The translations under genes and the position numbers were made by a program. A stretch of DNA of 64,000 bases from Candidatus Marinacidobacterales bacterium (GTDB taxonomy: Bacteria; Acidobacteriota; Vicinamibacteria; Marinacidobacterales; DATDRI01), in contig CBDCNP010000001.1 in assembly GCA_965219415.1 (NCBI GenBank), positions 32,001-96,000 on the forward strand, read 5' to 3'. Each line of letters begins with the position of its first letter. Within the stretch, counting starts at the first letter, position 1. Of the stretch, positions 63,046-64,000 are shown piece by piece. The notes beneath the pieces are model-generated. The model worked only from the letters and a program-made list of their open reading frames with translations, did not search any database and was not told the origin of the DNA.

Positions 63046-64000
63046 CTACGAGGTGTAGCCGCGCTCTCCGTGGGACTCGAAATCGAGACCTTCGGCTTCC
63101 TCCTTCTCACTGACCCTGAGTCCGACCATCGCACGCGTCAGGAGAACGATCAACCAGGTTGCCAGCACCGACCATACGACCACCACAACAACTCCCGTCG
63201 CTTGAGAGATAAACTGAGAAACGATGCCGTTTTCGAGGCCCAATCCGCCAAACGTCTCGGCGCCCAGCACCGCCACCAGGAGCGTGCCGAGTATTCCGCC
63301 CACGCCGTGGACGGCAAATACATCCAGGGAATCGTCCACTAATAATCGGCCCAGGACAAACCGGGTCGCATAGTAGCAAAGGATACCGCCCAGTATCCCG
63401 CAAACAAGGCCCCCGGCAGGCCCTACGTAACCCGCTGCCGGCGTCACCGTGGCGAGTCCCGCTATGGTGCCGGTTGCCGTTGCGATTAGACTGGGCTTGC
63501 CGGAGTGGCACCACTCCAGAGCCATCCACACGAGAGAAGCGGCGGCGGCCGCAATAAGGGTCGCCACTAAGGCTAGGCCCGCGTTGCCGTTCGCTGCCAA
63601 CGCGCTTCCAGCGTTGAATCCAGACCAGCCGACCCAAAGCAGTGAAGCGCCGATCACGGTCAAGATGGGATTATGGGGCGGCGTCAGCTTATCCGGAAAA
63701 CGGAGCCGTTTACCCAGCATCAAGGCGATCACGATCGCCGAAACGCCGGCCGTGGTATGAACGACAAGCCCACCCGCGAAATCGAGCACGCCGCGCGTTG
63801 CCAGAAAACCTCCGCCCCATATCCAATGGGTCACCGGCGAGTAGACTAGAATCCCCCATAAGCCGCTAAACAGCATCACATGGGCGAACTTGATCCGTTC
63901 CGCGTAGGCACCTGCGATCAAGCCGAGCGTAATGATGATGAATGTCATCTGAAACGTGAAGAAGACCGACTCCGGGATCGTTCCGACTAAGGCATCGGCA
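63046..64000 (-). CDS. amtB: ammonium transporter (5' end beyond the window)
   Basis: FQMTF, HWIWGGG, DFAGGLVVH, GFNAGS, DDSLDVFAVHGVGG. Confidence 0.95.
   Translation of the reverse strand, partial: ADALVGTIPESVFFTFQMTFIIITLGLIAGAYAERIKFAHVMLFSGLWGILVYSPVTHWIWGGGFLATRGVLDFAGGLVVHTTAGVSAIVIALMLGKRLRFPDKLTPPHNPILTVIGASLLWVGWSGFNAGSALAANGNAGLALVATLIAAAAASLVWMALEWCHSGKPSLIATATGTIAGLATVTPAAGYVGPAGGLVCGILGGILCYYATRFVLGRLLVDDSLDVFAVHGVGGILGTLLVAVLGAETFGGLGLENGIVSQFISQATGVVVVVVWSVLATWLIVLLTRAMVGLRVSEKEEAEGLDFESHGERGYTS

Noticed and set aside
1-64000. rRNA or tRNA genes
   Set aside because: No recognisable signatures by eye; not confirmed with tRNAscan or barrnap.

Overview
This GC-rich bacterial window (possibly Acidobacteria-like, judging from carboxypeptidase-domain TonB receptors) is a patchwork rather than ordinary chromosome. 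Roughly 40 unrelated gene or operon pieces, most of them truncated, are joined by more than 80 transposon termini counted by eye. The termini belong to five recurring families, labelled here: A (CGTCCTGTGCCAAAACTCGG), B (CGTCGTGTCCRAAAA), C (TGTGCCTTCTATTTATTCATCC), D (TGTGMTCCGCAAAAA MITE) and IS1-like (GGTGCTTCCGC, including a 166-bp MITE F). They often form short two-ended hybrids, and I found no target-site duplications (TSDs) at their junctions. Full-length IS1-like, IS3, IS5, IS256, ISL3 and IS1111-type (IS110) elements are nested in. The IS1111-type element carries a readable bridge/seek RNA whose guides match the IS1-like terminal repeat it is inserted in. Passenger DNA includes type I-E cas1-cas2 whose first repeat is fused to the middle of a MITE, a second CRISPR fragment cut inside repeats on both sides, two IrrE/ImmA-type toxin-antitoxin-like pairs, restriction, HNH and MazF fragments, transporters, a Tat-exported oxidase/amidohydrolase operon and a PP2C phosphatase. 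No rRNA or tRNA was seen. Chimeric assembly through the repeats cannot be excluded without reads.
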